DNA of 64,000 nt from a virus (IMGVR_UViG_3300037067_003400:128001-192000); one strand, 5' to 3'. Shown: positions 9,927 to 18,802, numbered from the stretch's first letter. Translations and numbers: made by a program. The notes: a model not told the origin generated them from the letters alone.

Positions 9927-11699
9927 TTAATCTACTATTATGTTAGCTTCGTACTCATCCCTTGGAAGTTTAGGAGCCTGGTCATGTATTGGTGTGCCCC
10001 AACCTAATTTAGGTGAGTACTCATAAAAGTCTTTCATATCTAAGTTGATTACTACTGGTCCTACCATTTCAAGTATCTCAGGTAGATACTCTAACTCTTT
10101 ATGATTAGCAAGTGTTACCGTCTTTAATCCAAAAGCTTTAGCTACTTTTACTACATCTGGGAATGCAAGCCCATGATCAGTATCGGCTCCAGCAAAGTTA
10201 CTATCACAGTTTGTTTGTCTAAAAGCATGTGTGATCCCATAACCACTGTTGTTGTAAATAAACAATTTAACATTTAGGTTCTTCATATTAAGAGTTGCAA
10301 GTTCCTGTATGTTAAAGTTTAAACCCCCATCTCCATTTAGACAAATGACTCTTTTACCAGTTGCAATAGCTGCCCCTATAGAAGCAGGTAGAGCATACCC
10401 TAGTGAAGCATTACCGTTGTTAGCAAATAGAATCTGTCCTTCCTTTGCCTTAAATGCTTGTGCTGTAGTGACACCATTTCCACCAATATCTGTCACAATA
10501 ATATCATCTTTAGAAAGTACTTTAGATAATTCCTCTATGAATACATATGGATTAATATGTTCTTTCTGCTCATAGTATTTAGGTAATACCACTGGGTACT
10601 TCGCCTTCCACTCTTTTACTTTGTCTACCCACCATTGTATAGATGGTACTTTAATTTCTACTGCGTTCATTGTCTTCACAAATGTTTTAGCATCTGAGAC
10701 TATTGGGATATCTGGTGTTACCATATTATATCTTAGTTCTGCCTCATCTACATTTACAAAGACTTTCTTTGCATTCTGAGCAAACGTAGGTACTTCCCCT
10801 CCCGTAATCCTTCCAGAAATTCTTGAGCCAATAGCAATAAGTAAATCAGAATTTTGTATGCCAAAGTTTCTACCGTCTCCTCCGAATGTTCCAACTCTTC
10901 CGCCGAATAATGGGTGTGTGTCATCACAGAAGTCTACTGCATTCCAGGTTTCAAAGAAAGGTATGCCCCATTTTTCTATAAGGTCTAATACTTCTCTCTT
11001 ATTCCACTTTACACCACCACCTACTAATATAGCTGGTCTCTTAGAGTTTTCTATGAACTCTTTTATTTTATCTATATCCTTTTTAGAGATTTCATAGTTA
11101 GGTTCTGGTGACATAGTATAGAAACCACTTACTGGGTATGTTCCGGTTTCTGTAAAGTGGAGTCCAAAGAGTGTGAAGTCATATATATCTTGATGCTGTA
11201 TATTCATTGGTATATCTAACAGCACTGGGCCAGGTCTTCCTTCTTGTGCTATTCTCCAGGCTTTTTCTAACTCTTCTTTGATGTCATCTTTCTTTTTAAT
11301 CTGCACAGCATACTTAGTAATTGGTTCCACTATAGAAACTACATCAGTTTCCTGGAATCCTACCTGTCTGAGTTTAGGATTAGTATTTATAAAGTTAGAG
11401 TTAATTTGTCCTGTTAAGAATATAGCTGGTGTGCCATCATAATAGCATGTGGCTATTCCAGTTACTAAGTTCTCTGCTCCAGGTCCTGAAGTTGCAATCA
11501 TAACTGACATTCTACCAGAAGCTTTCTGGTAACCATCAATCATAAATGCTCCTGCCTGTTCATGTAATGGACAGTGATATGGCAGTCCTGCATCAGCTAC
11601 TGCACATATTAAGTGAGCACATGCTGCGCCATCAATTAAGAAAACATCCTTGATTTCTTTTTCTTTTAAGAAACCTGCTACGTAATTTGCTACTTTCAT
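9927..11699 (-). CDS. ThDP-dependent enzyme of acetolactate-synthase type (YerE-like by context)
   Basis: HEQAG, TSGPG, GRPGPVLLDIP, GDGG...NN ThDP motif; embedded among nucleotide-sugar genes with no small regulatory subunit. Confidence 0.85.
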   Translation of the reverse strand: MKVANYVAGFLKEKEIKDVFLIDGAACAHLICAVADAGLPYHCPLHEQAGAFMIDGYQKASGRMSVMIATSGPGAENLVTGIATCYYDGTPAIFLTGQINSNFINTNPKLRQVGFQETDVVSIVEPITKYAVQIKKKDDIKEELEKAWRIAQEGRPGPVLLDIPMNIQHQDIYDFTLFGLHFTETGTYPVSGFYTMSPEPNYEISKKDIDKIKEFIENSKRPAILVGGGVKWNKREVLDLIEKWGIPFFETWNAVDFCDDTHPLFGGRVGTFGGDGRNFGIQNSDLLIAIGSRISGRITGGEVPTFAQNAKKVFVNVDEAELRYNMVTPDIPIVSDAKTFVKTMNAVEIKVPSIQWWVDKVKEWKAKYPVVLPKYYEQKEHINPYVFIEELSKVLSKDDIIVTDIGGNGVTTAQAFKAKEGQILFANNGNASLGYALPASIGAAIATGKRVICLNGDGGLNFNIQELATLNMKNLNVKLFIYNNSGYGITHAFRQTNCDSNFAGADTDHGLAFPDVVKVAKAFGLKTVTLANHKELEYLPEILEMVGPVVINLDMKDFYEYSPKLGWGTPIHDQAPKLPRDEYEANIIVD

Positions 11700-13144
11700 C
11701 TATTGAGCTCCCGTTGTGTAAGTTGTTTTACATTTTCAAATATTGTTTCCCCAAACTTATCTTTAATCATATTAAGATAGTCTGGGTTTCTAAAGTATAT
11801 ATTAAAAGCTTTGTCTCTAAACTTTACCACTTTTTCTCCAGAGAGATGTTTAGTAGGTAATGGCTTTGAATATTTAGAGTATTGTGTATATCCTTCCCAT
11901 GACTCTGGGAGGTTTTCCTTTGGTGTGTCCTCATAGAGTTTACTACCTGGGTAGGCCATGGCACAATTAAAGTTAGCCCACTCTGCATTGATGTCTATAG
12001 CCATATCAAGAGTAGCTTGCATAGTTTTATAGTTATCTTCTGGTAGCCCAAAGATGTAGTTTGCACATATATAGGCGCCTGTGTCTTGTAGAATTTTTAC
12101 ACCCTTCTTTATTTTATCTAAAGAAGATTTCTTATTTACATCTGCAAGTACTACTTCACTACCAGACTCTATACCAATGGCAAACCATTTAATACCAGCC
12201 TTAATTAATTTCTTTGTAAGTTCTTCATTTAAGGTATCTAATCTTGCATATGCCCAGAAGTTAATATTATAATTTCTTTTTATAAGCCCATCACAGATAT
12301 CATTGATTCTTTTAGTATCCATTACAAATAGCTCGTCTGCTATCTTTATATTCTTTATGCCATATTTTTTATGGAGTACATCTATCTCTCTTAGTACCCA
12401 ATCTGCAGAGAAGGTTCTATAAGAAGGTCTTGTCATTCCACGTGTATACTCTCCTTCTTTAAATGGAGCTTGTATACAGCAGAAGCTACAAGACATAGGA
12501 CATCCTAAAGATGTATAGATAGACGCATACGAATTGATAGTATCTGGATTCTCGAAACAATGCCAGTTGTGTGCTCTATACTTAGTCATGTCTAATAGGT
12601 GCCACGGTAATGAAGGGTATACTTCATCTAAGTTTTCTATAAGAGCTGCTGTGCATCTAGAAGAACATGTGTCACCAAATCTATTAATATATATAAGCCC
12701 AGGAACATTAGTTATATCTACACCATTTAATAGTGCAGCTATAGTTATTGGTCCTTCTCCTGTGCAGCAGTAGTCTGCTTTAGTTTCTAATAGTGACTTT
12801 CTTGGTAAAGCAGCTATGTGCCCCCCAACAAGTAGCACCTTTATCGAGCCTCCCAGTTGTTGTACTAATTCTTTTGTGTAAGGCATCAACTGAGTAGATG
12901 CAGATGGGTTATGTCCATATACTACAATTACTACCAGCTTTGGGTTTATGTCTGTTATCTTAGCAGCACAAGTTGCTGGGTCATAGTTGTTAGCATGTGC
13001 ATCTATTATTTGTACAGTGTGCCTATTCTTAAGTATATTAGATGCAAGCATGAGACACCAGATAGGCGGTTCTTTAGCCATTAGGTCATGAGCTAAATTG
13101 TCATACATCTTAGTTGCATTTGGATTTACTAAAACTACATCCAC
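11696..13144 (-). CDS. cobalamin-binding radical SAM protein (class B methyltransferase-like)
   Basis: N-terminal B12-binding domain (VGGH...GEG), SLGCPMSCSFC, GIESG, IFGLP. Confidence 0.85.
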   Translation of the reverse strand: MDVVLVNPNATKMYDNLAHDLMAKEPPIWCLMLASNILKNRHTVQIIDAHANNYDPATCAAKITDINPKLVVIVVYGHNPSASTQLMPYTKELVQQLGGSIKVLLVGGHIAALPRKSLLETKADYCCTGEGPITIAALLNGVDITNVPGLIYINRFGDTCSSRCTAALIENLDEVYPSLPWHLLDMTKYRAHNWHCFENPDTINSYASIYTSLGCPMSCSFCCIQAPFKEGEYTRGMTRPSYRTFSADWVLREIDVLHKKYGIKNIKIADELFVMDTKRINDICDGLIKRNYNINFWAYARLDTLNEELTKKLIKAGIKWFAIGIESGSEVVLADVNKKSSLDKIKKGVKILQDTGAYICANYIFGLPEDNYKTMQATLDMAIDINAEWANFNCAMAYPGSKLYEDTPKENLPESWEGYTQYSKYSKPLPTKHLSGEKVVKFRDKAFNIYFRNPDYLNMIKDKFGETIFENVKQLTQRELNR

Positions 13145-13764
13145 TGGATTTCTCCGTTACGAACTACATCCCAGACATTAATTAGAACTCCAATACCACA
13201 GTGACACTGATTAGGTTCACTTATAAATTCTTTGTATTCAAACTTATCTTTGTATTCATTCCAGAATAAATCTACTTTACAGAACTCTCCTTGATGTAGG
13301 TGTGGTAGTATGTCATGAAATACTACCAGCCCATCCTTTGCTACTAATGGTCCATACATTAGAAAGTCTTGTTCTATTCCTTTATGTGTATGGTCACCAT
13401 CTAAGAAGATGAAGTCATATTCTGGAGAGAACTTCTTTATAGTTTCAAGAGTTCCTGGGTTATGTGAGTCCGCCTGAAGAAAATGAAAGTCTATATCAAA
13501 GTTCTTTACTGTATTTTCATGTAGTCTATTCTTCTTTATATCACAGGCTATCACAAGTGCTCCAGGCTGTGAGTGTTTAGCCCACTGGAATAGTGTGCCA
13601 CCCTGGTCAGTGCCTACTTCTAATACTCTTGTTGGTTTTAGTTCTTGATACATGTGTAACAAAGCTTCAAACTCTTCCTTCATTTGATAAGGCATAACAT
13701 ATTGAGGACAGTCTGGATCTTTGAATGTATACTCTATAACCATTAGGCATCCCCACAAATACAA
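13135..13764 (-). CDS. class I SAM-dependent methyltransferase (Methyltransf_24-like)
   Basis: VLEVGT, YDFIFLDGDH, GLVVFHD. Confidence 0.85.
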   Translation of the reverse strand: MYLWGCLMVIEYTFKDPDCPQYVMPYQMKEEFEALLHMYQELKPTRVLEVGTDQGGTLFQWAKHSQPGALVIACDIKKNRLHENTVKNFDIDFHFLQADSHNPGTLETIKKFSPEYDFIFLDGDHTHKGIEQDFLMYGPLVAKDGLVVFHDILPHLHQGEFCKVDLFWNEYKDKFEYKEFISEPNQCHCGIGVLINVWDVVRNGEIQWM

Positions 13765-14141
13765 GCTAATATATCTATAGATACTTCGTTGCTATTACTA
13801 ACACATAGCACATCTTTCATTTCTGGAAACTGATTATGTAAAGCCACAACCTTACACTCTTCTGGTAATAGTCCCATGTTCTTAGCACAGGTAGCTAATA
13901 CATACTCATAACTACTTGTTTCTACACTTGACACGATACTATTAACTAAATGATTTATATTTAGTTTATTAATTATATTTTGCATTACTCCTAAAGGTTC
14001 TTTAGAGTATACACATTTCTGTAATCCAAGCAAAGCAAGTTCTATAAAGAGTCTTGACTTATCTTTATTTTCTTTTATCTCAGATATATTAACAGGTATA
14101 TCTGTTATAGTATCTAATCCAAAGATTACTCCCTTAATCAT
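13743..14141 (-). CDS. degenerate HAD-like protein
   Basis: MIKGVIFGLD resembles HAD motif I with the nucleophilic Asp replaced by Gly; GLLPEEC is HAD-like. Confidence 0.5.
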   Translation of the reverse strand: MIKGVIFGLDTITDIPVNISEIKENKDKSRLFIELALLGLQKCVYSKEPLGVMQNIINKLNINHLVNSIVSSVETSSYEYVLATCAKNMGLLPEECKVVALHNQFPEMKDVLCVSNSNEVSIDILACICGDA

Positions 14142-14779
14142 TTTTTCCCTCCAAGCTGTTTTACTGGTACAGCTTTTTTAATAAGTTCCTCAAAGTTTTT
14201 GTTATTGTTATCTGTCATCCCATAATGTAAGTTTAGTATTTCACCGTCAGCTATTCTTCCTTGTGCGGCAGGGTCTGGGGTACATAATTTCCTATCACTA
14301 CTTAGATTGATTCTTAATGTAGATGAAAAGATTATTGGCTTAGAATCTAAAGCAAAACAAACACCCTCCTTATAGACATTATATATCATCTTGTCTATGG
14401 GGGGTGTTACGTCACTAACCATTTCATATTGTGTTGGCTTTATTATTGTTGCGCCGAGTTGCTGATGCCTTCTTAATCTTTTTAGTAGGTCTTTGTGAAA
14501 AATAAACTCATTAGGCTCTGTTACTATAACCCAGTCTACAGCTTTAGAATGTATTTGATACATTGTGTTCATTAAGTTTGTTATAGTTTGCTCATTTATA
14601 GTGTTTAGTTTTACATTCTTTAAAATTGCATTAGGATATTGAGCAACTAAGTCTACTATGTTGTCTGTAGAATCTGCATCAAATATGAACATCTTTTCAG
14701 TAAACTTGCTATAATGCCTAAGCCACTGCTCTAACATAGCAGCATTGTTGTAGCAATGCGTATATGCATGAACTATCAT
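14138..14779 (-). CDS. GT2-like glycosyltransferase (Glyco_tranf_2_4-like)
   Basis: THCYN...WLRHY...FDADSTD...DWVIVTEPNEF (DxD motif altered). Confidence 0.65.
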   Translation of the reverse strand: MIVHAYTHCYNNAAMLEQWLRHYSKFTEKMFIFDADSTDNIVDLVAQYPNAILKNVKLNTINEQTITNLMNTMYQIHSKAVDWVIVTEPNEFIFHKDLLKRLRRHQQLGATIIKPTQYEMVSDVTPPIDKMIYNVYKEGVCFALDSKPIIFSSTLRINLSSDRKLCTPDPAAQGRIADGEILNLHYGMTDNNNKNFEELIKKAVPVKQLGGKK

Positions 14780-14815
14780 TAATTGTCCTCCAACAAGAAT
14801 AAAATTTATTCTCTA

Positions 14816-14827
14816 ATTATATTATAC
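14816..14827 (-). promoter_or_regulatory. putative promoter of the glycan operon (GTATAATATAAT)
   Basis: Tandem TATAAT immediately downstream of a terminator and upstream of the GGAGGA RBS of the first operon gene. Confidence 0.55.
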
Positions 14828-14837
14828 AAATTGACAC

Positions 14838-14866
14838 AAAAAAATTCCAGTATTAACATACTGGAA
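14838..14866 (-). terminator. intrinsic terminator after the helicase
   Basis: TTCCAGTAT-GTTA-ATACTGGAA hairpin followed by T7 on the minus strand. Confidence 0.75.
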
Positions 14867-14876
14867 ATAAATGTTG

Positions 14877-17270
14877 CTATTTTTTAACAGGTTTTTTTAT
14901 GTTCTTAGAGTATATTAAATCTCTCCAGAAGTTTTGCCATGTTGGGTCAGCCTCTTCTACTAAACAAAATGCAGGGTAGTGTTCAAAGAATATGATAGAG
15001 TTAAACTCTGATGTTTTATTTTTTACTATATCTAATTCTATTATAGGAAACTTATCTTTTACTACAGTCCCATCTTCATTGTTTATAATAACTTCACCAA
15101 AAACTTCTGCATTCTCTCTGTTAATCTTGTAGTCAGAATAAAGAGCTCCCATTATCTTAGCATCATATCCAGCTGCTACTGAGCCTTTAACTGATTCTTG
15201 GTCTAACCCCCTACGTAAAGATCCCTTTGGTGTATGGGATGTTACTATAATACTACACTTTTCTGATTCTGCTAACGTTACTAATTCATTAGAGGTGTAT
15301 GCTTCAATCTGTATCTTATCATTATATCCTCCCCTAAAGTCATCAGCTACTATATTATGAAACCCATCTATTGTTACTACAAGCTTTTTATCCCCATACA
15401 TATCTCTCTGTGCTTGCACTATAGTTTTTATCTGGGATAGATTACGTGCGTTCTTGTTGAAATCTGTGCACTCTACTATAGTAAGTCTCGGAGCAATAGC
15501 ATCAAACCAATAAGTTTCAGCATCAAAGACTCTTTTGTTTTCTTCTTCAGTTCTTGTGAATGCATATCTTACTTTGTTAATCTTTACTTTAGATAGTCTT
15601 GCTATAGAGTTTCTAAATCTTGTAGCAAAATCATCATCCAAAGATACATCTAATACTTGTACTTCTGGTGTATGTTCTATTAAATGTGTGTAAGCATTTA
15701 ATTGAATAGTACTATTATGCACTATAAAACCATTGGCTATAAAGTTATGCGTTTTTGGTACCATTATATCATATGTCTTTTTTGGACCTACTGACTCTAT
15801 ACTTACTATTGTGTCCCATACTATGTCGGAGTTTCCTAAATTTATTAAGTAGTCATCTTTTATATATTTCCCTAAATCCACAGCGATGCTTCTATGCAAT
15901 GCTCTATTGTACCCACGCACAGAGTCTATACTACGTTTAGATATTTTTGTGTTTCGTAATTTTTGGTTTATGTATTCTCTAATTTCTTTTGGTATGTTTT
16001 GTAGTGCACTATTCCTTGATTTTCTTAATATAGGTGTTTCTATTATTTGTTTTAATTTTTCTTCTTTTTCAGCAATACCTATTTGTTCTATAAAGTTCAC
16101 AATATTTATTCTGTCTAAAATATCTAACTGGAAAGCATAACATATTTTTCCATTACATTTTATTTTCCTTGGTTTTTTTGATGATTGTATACCAAATTTT
16201 GATAATAGAAATTGTAGCTGGTCTACTAATTTTTCAGACTTTGATGTATATGTAATACCACAATCACCTCTTTTATTTATGTATGCTGAGCCATCACAAG
16301 CATATAAATACTTTATAAATGTGGCTACTTTGTCTTTTGGTGCATTCATTACCTGTTCTGGTATATCTTTATTACCAGATACCTTTGAGTATACATTATA
16401 CTTTTTAAGGAATCTTACTAATTCACATGTAGTATCTTGCTCTGACATTGGTATATAGTTTAATTCTTTTGCAACGTCTATTATTTTTTGCCGTGTAAGT
16501 TCATTACACCTTTTTCCAGTTAAAGCATTTAGTACACTAACAGTACAAAGTCCTAATTTTTTAGCTATATCAGCATATGTTACTGCTTTTACGTTTTTTG
16601 GCTTACTAAATACGTAAGAGCTTGCTTTGTTGTTTTTCTTTGTGTACACTGCTATATGGTGTACTCCACACTCTATAGTTATTGCTTGTTGCAATTGTAA
16701 AACTAAATTTGTATTTGCTGTAGTAAAAGATGGGTTTACATCTATTACACTTCCATCTCCGATTAGTAGCCCTAATATTATACAAGCATTATCTGTTATT
16801 TCTTCTGTACCAAACAAAGGTATTTCTCTTGCTAATGCTATTCTATCCTTTATTTGTAAATCTTTTAATGCTGTCCAGCCACTTAGTTTTAAAAATGGGT
16901 GGTTGTCAGAGGTAAGTATACTTCTACCTGTAGCCGTTGTTACTTTATAGCACTCTTTTATACCACTATATGTACTTTTAGAAGCAGGAATTAGCTTTAG
17001 CTTATAATTTTCTGCTAAAGATAATACATTTGTTTCTAAAAAGTTTTCTATTGGTACTAACTTTCCGTTAAGGTCTGGTATTACTGTACCTTCTGCTAAG
17101 CATTTACCAATGTTAGGTGGAGCTGGTAAGAAGAATACTCCATAGTCATATCCTTCAGTTGCTGCATTCATTGTCTCCCAACCAAAGTCTAAGTATCTTT
17201 CTTTTCTTTCTGCATCTTGCTCTCTTACTTCTTGAGCTTTCTTAAATATGCTTGGAAATTCTATAGTCAT
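14877..17270 (-). CDS. DnaB/SF4-type replicative helicase with an intein in the P-loop
   Basis: Walker A APPNIGK|S split by the intein; Walker B VVTIDGFH; SVKGS...YDA and KNK motifs; spliced product about 334 aa. Confidence 0.8.
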   Translation of the reverse strand: MTIEFPSIFKKAQEVREQDAERKERYLDFGWETMNAATEGYDYGVFFLPAPPNIGKCLAEGTVIPDLNGKLVPIENFLETNVLSLAENYKLKLIPASKSTYSGIKECYKVTTATGRSILTSDNHPFLKLSGWTALKDLQIKDRIALAREIPLFGTEEITDNACIILGLLIGDGSVIDVNPSFTTANTNLVLQLQQAITIECGVHHIAVYTKKNNKASSYVFSKPKNVKAVTYADIAKKLGLCTVSVLNALTGKRCNELTRQKIIDVAKELNYIPMSEQDTTCELVRFLKKYNVYSKVSGNKDIPEQVMNAPKDKVATFIKYLYACDGSAYINKRGDCGITYTSKSEKLVDQLQFLLSKFGIQSSKKPRKIKCNGKICYAFQLDILDRINIVNFIEQIGIAEKEEKLKQIIETPILRKSRNSALQNIPKEIREYINQKLRNTKISKRSIDSVRGYNRALHRSIAVDLGKYIKDDYLINLGNSDIVWDTIVSIESVGPKKTYDIMVPKTHNFIANGFIVHNSTIQLNAYTHLIEHTPEVQVLDVSLDDDFATRFRNSIARLSKVKINKVRYAFTRTEEENKRVFDAETYWFDAIAPRLTIVECTDFNKNARNLSQIKTIVQAQRDMYGDKKLVVTIDGFHNIVADDFRGGYNDKIQIEAYTSNELVTLAESEKCSIIVTSHTPKGSLRRGLDQESVKGSVAAGYDAKIMGALYSDYKINRENAEVFGEVIINNEDGTVVKDKFPIIELDIVKNKTSEFNSIIFFEHYPAFCLVEEADPTWQNFWRDLIYSKNIKKPVKK
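15714..17102 (-). mobile_element. intein (463 aa) with LAGLIDADG endonuclease and an inserted LacI-type HTH
   Basis: Starts CLAEGT, block B TSDNHPF, LGLLIGDGS and YLYACDGS motifs, ends TYDIMVPKTHNFIANGFIVHN followed by Ser. Confidence 0.92.
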
Positions 17271-17926
17271 TACCTACTCATCCTTTCATCTATTACTTCT
17301 CTTGCTTTCTGTAAATAATTTTGGAGATCTAATGGTTTATGTATTTTATAACCATCCTCGTCTTGTTCTGCAATATCTATAGCATAAAGTATTGTATCTA
17401 AATTACTAATAGATAGTAGATAATTGAACTGACCTACATAAGATTTTATTTCTTTGTGTAATATAGTTTGTGTTAGCTTAGTTTTATAATATTCTAATAA
17501 GTCATTCATTGTAAAAGAGTTTACTAATTCTACTGTTGGCACAGCTGTTGTTCTTGATATAACCCCATCCTTAAACGTAAAGGATGGTATCTCTATATGC
17601 TTTAGTATATGATGAAAATGTATTTCATCTAATAGGAGCTCTCTATCAATATCATTTGTTTCTTCTACTATTAACTCACTAATCCATTCATACTTTCTTC
17701 TTGGTACAGCCTTTAATGAAGCCCTACAGTTTTCTACTAATGTAGTAAGGTTAATCTTTTTAGTTTTTAAATCTCTAAGGATCTCAAGGTTTTTAATATA
17801 AAGGGGATTAGTTTCATAACTACTAACAAAATCTGTTTTCCCAGAATCCCACAAACCAAGAGATATACCTGCTGTTCTAAAGAATACTTTTAATATATCC
17901 AGTTCTTCTTTGGATGCTTTTCTCAT
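17270..17926 (-). CDS. hypothetical protein coupled to the helicase (possible replication accessory factor)
   Basis: Start moved from the track's 17983 to MRKASKEEL, which follows a GGAGG RBS; stop overlaps the helicase ATG. Confidence 0.6.
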   Translation of the reverse strand: MRKASKEELDILKVFFRTAGISLGLWDSGKTDFVSSYETNPLYIKNLEILRDLKTKKINLTTLVENCRASLKAVPRRKYEWISELIVEETNDIDRELLLDEIHFHHILKHIEIPSFTFKDGVISRTTAVPTVELVNSFTMNDLLEYYKTKLTQTILHKEIKSYVGQFNYLLSISNLDTILYAIDIAEQDEDGYKIHKPLDLQNYLQKAREVIDERMSR

Positions 17927-17947
17927 ATGATACCTCCACTTATACCT

Positions 17948-17959
17948 ATTATAGTATAC
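17948..17959 (-). promoter_or_regulatory. putative promoter (GTATACTATAAT)
   Basis: Lies between a terminator and the GGAGG RBS; variant of the recurrent motif. Confidence 0.5.
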
Positions 17960-17981
17960 CCAGTTGACTGATACCTTAAAC

Positions 17982-18021
17982 AAAAAGGGGGTTACTTAGA
18001 TTGTGGACTCTAAGCAACCCC
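17982..18021 (-). terminator. intrinsic terminator after the holin-like gene
   Basis: GGGGTTGCTTAGA-loop-TCTAAGTAACCCC followed by CTTTTT on the minus strand. Confidence 0.8.
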
Positions 18022-18047
18022 GTACGATTAATATGGAATTAAAATCT

Positions 18048-18380
18048 TTATTTGTTTTTATTAATAAGTTTTTTGTATTGATTGTAGAAGAACTCAACTA
18101 ACAAGTTAGCTACAGCATCTGGCATATTACATCCATTGTTTGCGGCTATCTCTTTAAGTTGTTTGGCTGCCCAATCTTTCTTCTGCTCATCATTATACTC
18201 TGATAGTGTTGCTGCCATAAGTAGTACTTCAAGAATCTTTTCTTTACCACCAATTAGCTTAGCCCACTTCTGAGACTCTTTTGTAAGTGCTGGCCAATAC
18301 CGTGCAATTACAATACCACCTAAACTAAGAAAGAAGCTTATGAGCTCCCAATTCTTAATAATTCCGCTGAGAAAATCCAT
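18048..18380 (-). CDS. holin-like membrane protein (LL-H holin-like)
   Basis: Start MDFLSGIIKNW after a GGAGGT RBS; one N-terminal TM helix, EQKKDWA...ANLLVE tail and basic C-terminus. Confidence 0.5.
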   Translation of the reverse strand: MDFLSGIIKNWELISFFLSLGGIVIARYWPALTKESQKWAKLIGGKEKILEVLLMAATLSEYNDEQKKDWAAKQLKEIAANNGCNMPDAVANLLVEFFYNQYKKLINKNK

Positions 18381-18792
18381 TATTACCTCCTGAGGTATAG
18401 CTCCTATTCTGGTTATTCCCATATTGATTGTTCTGCTGGGAGTATCCATAGTTCTGATAACCTTGCTGGTTATTATATTGGGATCCATTGTTACCATATT
18501 GAGAACTATTGTTACCATATTGGGAACTGTTCCCATATAATATACTTACTATGTAATATGGATCAGTGTAAAGCAATGGTATTTTTTCCCACTGCACTTC
18601 ATTATATTGTGTAGCTCCAGTAGTTGTTACTGGTTCTATAGTTTTCTTTTCTGGGGTAGTTTTTGCCGGCGTAGTGGTAGGTGCTGGTGTTACTTGTGTT
18701 ACCTGTGTAACAGCTCCAGGCTCTTTAGATTCTTGTGCAAGTAATCCAACTGAACCTATCATTAGCAAGAATATAGTTAAACAGTGTTTCAT
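18355..18792 (-). CDS. exported protein with Thr/Pro linker and N/Q/Y/G/S-rich low-complexity tail
   Basis: Signal peptide MKHCLTIFLLMIGSVGLLA; SSQYGNN repeats. Confidence 0.7.
   Translation of the reverse strand: MKHCLTIFLLMIGSVGLLAQESKEPGAVTQVTQVTPAPTTTPAKTTPEKKTIEPVTTTGATQYNEVQWEKIPLLYTDPYYIVSILYGNSSQYGNNSSQYGNNGSQYNNQQGYQNYGYSQQNNQYGNNQNRSYTSGGNNGFSQRNY
18487..18528. repeat. 21-bp tandem repeat (2 copies plus degenerate flanks)
   Basis: ATTGTTACCATATTG(A/G)GAACT twice; encodes SSQYGNN on the minus strand. Confidence 0.85.
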
Positions 18793-18802
18793 TGTTGTCT
18801 CC

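Noticed and set aside
9927-11699. ilvB branched-chain amino-acid AMG
   Set aside because: No ilvN/ilvC/ilvD nearby and the context is entirely nucleotide-sugar genes.
699-14779. Firm call of DNA base hypermodification
   Set aside because: No hydroxymethylase, TET/JBP or other base-priming enzyme was seen in the window; kept only as one possible target.
18487-18528. Tandem repeat as a possible CRISPR array
   Set aside because: No spacers, in-frame coding repeat, no cas genes; no CRISPR array was seen in the window.
18381-18536. N-terminal extension of track ORF 18048..18536 (MVTIVLN repeats)
   Set aside because: Alternate-frame reading of the SQYGNN repeat gene; the RBS supports a start at 18380.
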